From Candidatus Saccharimonadota bacterium (lineage in GTDB: Bacteria; Patescibacteriota; Gracilibacteria; Absconditabacterales; Absconditicoccaceae), in the NCBI GenBank assembly GCA_000503875.1, contig CP006913.1:750001-782000 (forward strand): a stretch of 32,000 nucleotides of DNA, in the 5' to 3' direction. The notes beneath the pieces were generated by a model. The model was given only the letters and a program-made list of their open reading frames with translations. It did no database searches and was not told where the DNA came from. Each line of letters starts with the position of its first letter. Position 1 is the first letter of the stretch. A program made the translations under genes and the position numbers. This document shows, piece by piece, positions 31,488 to 32,000 of the stretch.

Positions 31488-32000
31488 CTAAAGATCTATA
31501 ATCAACCCATCATGAGCAAAATCAAATGGAACATCCTTATAGGTATTTTTCATTTTTTCTAGATAATCTAGTCACCAGGCATTAATTTCTATCTCTTCAA
31601 TATGAGTCAAAAGAGTCTTTTTCGGAGCATACAATTTCAATCTATCCATTAATTGCGGGAATCAGATTTCACTTTTTACTTTTTCGTGACTAAAGACTCA
31701 ACATTCAGTAATCAGTAAATCAAGATTTTGCGCTTCTTGCTGAAAACTAATGGTATCACAAGGTGTATAGAGGAATCTTTTTCTTCATTGTTCAAAAAGA
31801 TATCAATAAGTTTCAGATTTTTCTCCTGTAAATCATATTGCGGTTACCTGCGTATCACCAATAGTTACAGACTGATTGTGTTCTATATATACGATATTTG
31901 CTAGACCAAGAACATCAACAAAATAGTTGATAGAAGGATAGTGTATTTTCATGTCTTCATGAACTCTTTTCGGCATATAGAGTTGGATAACTTTTTGTTT
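31488..32000 (-). CDS. MBL-fold metallo-hydrolase-like protein, C-terminal part (5' end lies outside the window)
   Basis: The frame is open from the window edge to TAG (complement of 31488-31490) apart from TGA. Motifs seen are LYTPCDTISF, DLLITECGVFSHEK, KKTLLTHI and FAHDGLIIDL, which fit the C-terminal half of MBL-fold hydrolases. Confidence 0.5.

Noticed and set aside
1-32000. The fragmented ORF track could mean a decaying genome full of pseudogenes or sequencing frameshifts.
   Set aside because: The breaks are always TGA and never TAA/TAG. The reading frame is preserved across every break. The TGA positions coincide with invariant Gly residues in UvrA, TsaE, GreA, TsaB and RuvX. Recoding explains this pattern and decay does not.
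1-32000. TGA could encode tryptophan (table 4, Mycoplasma-like) or selenocysteine.
   Set aside because: TGA sits where conserved motifs demand Gly: LSGGE, the GxxxxGKT Walker A, GDLSENxEY and a poly-Gly linker. TGG is still used for Trp. The frequency, up to 18 per gene, is incompatible with selenocysteine, and no SECIS-like context is apparent.

Overview
This is a strongly AT-rich, very gene-dense bacterial chromosome segment. It is only interpretable if TGA is read as glycine (translation table 25, known from Gracilibacteria/BD1-5 and Absconditabacteria/SR1 in the CPR/Patescibacteria). The supplied standard-code ORF track is therefore fragmented. Joining same-frame pieces through TGA by hand gives 28 contiguous gene models, all ending in TAA or TAG, and most intergenic gaps are 3-100 bp. 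Housekeeping genes I recognise are rsmE, murE, ruvX, tsaB, uvrA, greA, hpf, a Nudix hydrolase, hrcA, a stand-alone 5'-3' exonuclease, tsaE, an M16 peptidase, an M20 peptidase, an alpha/beta hydrolase and an MBL-fold hydrolase. Cell-envelope loci are interleaved with these. They include an N-terminal surface-protein cluster, two tandem paralogous large polytopic membrane proteins followed by an SLT-type lytic transglycosylase, and a 1171-aa polytopic membrane protein followed by an isolated lipoprotein gene. There is also a signal-anchored surface protein with an 18-bp (TGDVEL) tandem repeat next to an SLH-like protein. I saw no rRNA, tRNA, CRISPR array, transposase or integrase. One unusually long (about 425 bp) non-coding gap contains nested perfect helices and may encode a structured RNA. 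All function calls come from motif recognition by eye. No database search or alignment was run.
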